From: a virus
Lineage: Duplodnaviria; Caudoviricetes
Length of the DNA stretch: 24,325 bases
Virus record (IMG/VR): IMGVR_UViG_3300031787_000812
Location: 1 to 24,325 of that record
Strand: one strand, 5' to 3'
The first letter of the stretch is position 1, and every line of letters begins with the position of its first letter. The notes under the pieces were generated by a model that had not been told where the DNA came from, did not search any database, and saw only the letters and a list, made by a program, of their open reading frames with translations. Both the position numbers and the translations under genes were made by a program. Below are positions 23,714 through 24,325 of the stretch, piece after piece.

Positions 23714-23995
23714 TTAAAATTTACCGTTGATGCGGGCCAAGGCAATATGCGGCGCGGCCAAGTACCACAGCTTATTTGTCATAGCCTTTGGTAGGCCAAT
23801 ACTACGGTCAAACGGTGCTTCATCGTCTAGGGCACGAGATAGCGTAGCGTAGTAGTGTTTGGTCTGGGTGTCGAAGCTGAACCGCCACTCGCGCCGATCT
23901 GCCTTGCGGCAGGTATCAACCATGATGATATCCATCCACTCATCGTTGCGCTGTATGGCTACAACCTTGAACTTATCCAGCATAGCGCACCTCAT
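23714..23995 (-). CDS. Hypothetical early protein
   Basis: 93 aa; ATGA overlap. An alternative start is ATG 23983 with a GAGGTG RBS. Confidence 0.65.
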   Translation of the reverse strand: MRCAMLDKFKVVAIQRNDEWMDIIMVDTCRKADRREWRFSFDTQTKHYYATLSRALDDEAPFDRSIGLPKAMTNKLWYLAAPHIALARINGKF

Positions 23996-24249
23996 GCGAA
24001 GAACGTGAAGGTCGCCACATCACAGGCGAGAACGCCATACTGTGCGGCATCGTGCCACCGCATGAACTCGGTATCTTCCGATACATCCACACAGTGGCAG
24101 GACCCGTAGGTTCTAACCATATCGTTGACGAAGGCTTCAAGCTGAGCCTGATCCTCATCTTCAAGGCCCGTCTCATCGCCGTTGATGAGCGGTGAGGCCC
24201 AGTGCATGGGCAGCATGAGGGTGTAGGTCTTGATCTTGTGTTTAGCCAT
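23992..24249 (-). CDS. Small acidic early protein with LPxHWAxxLINGDxxGL motif
   Basis: Start reassigned to ATG 24249 (GGAGGA RBS); LPMHWASPLINGDETGLEDED. Confidence 0.7.
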   Translation of the reverse strand: MAKHKIKTYTLMLPMHWASPLINGDETGLEDEDQAQLEAFVNDMVRTYGSCHCVDVSEDTEFMRWHDAAQYGVLACDVATFTFFA

Positions 24250-24325
24250 TGTTTGTTTCCTCCATGAGTTTACGGGCTTCACGCAGGGTGGCGAGAGCCT
24301 GACCCCGTGTGTCGTTATGTGTCTT

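Overview
A 24-kb segment of a GC-rich tailed dsDNA phage or prophage, probably of an alphaproteobacterial host (inference). The left end holds the 3' part of a very large + strand gene, a PLxRFG-type polyvalent/ejected virion protein. Everything else is one tightly packed - strand block, with many ATGA/GTGA/TGATG overlaps, transcribed right to left. It begins with small early genes, then a MoxR-like AAA+ ATPase / helical protein / metallopeptidase-vWA module, an Nmad5-like protein, a stand-alone DnaA domain IV protein, an HslV-like Ntn peptidase, a His/Cys-rich protein, a DUF5664-type dNTP diphosphohydrolase and HTH proteins. A replication module follows (family A polymerase with Leu762, dCMP deaminase, Cas4-like nuclease, VRR-NUC, SNF2 helicase, SSB-like protein, HTH, AEP primase-DUF927 helicase) and ends in a signal-peptide lytic transglycosylase. 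The most striking unexplained signal is a duplicated ~58-bp promoter-like element in front of the ATPase gene and the peptidase-vWA gene, each with a GCGRC-N5-GTCGC (RegA/PrrA/RegR-type) box abutting the -35. Others are a 26-bp perfect palindrome, DnaA boxes alongside a phage DnaA-DIV protein, a structured convergent intergenic region and a short helical motif recurring in many small proteins. All family calls come from motif recognition by eye; no searches were run. No tRNA, CRISPR array, integrase or IS was seen.
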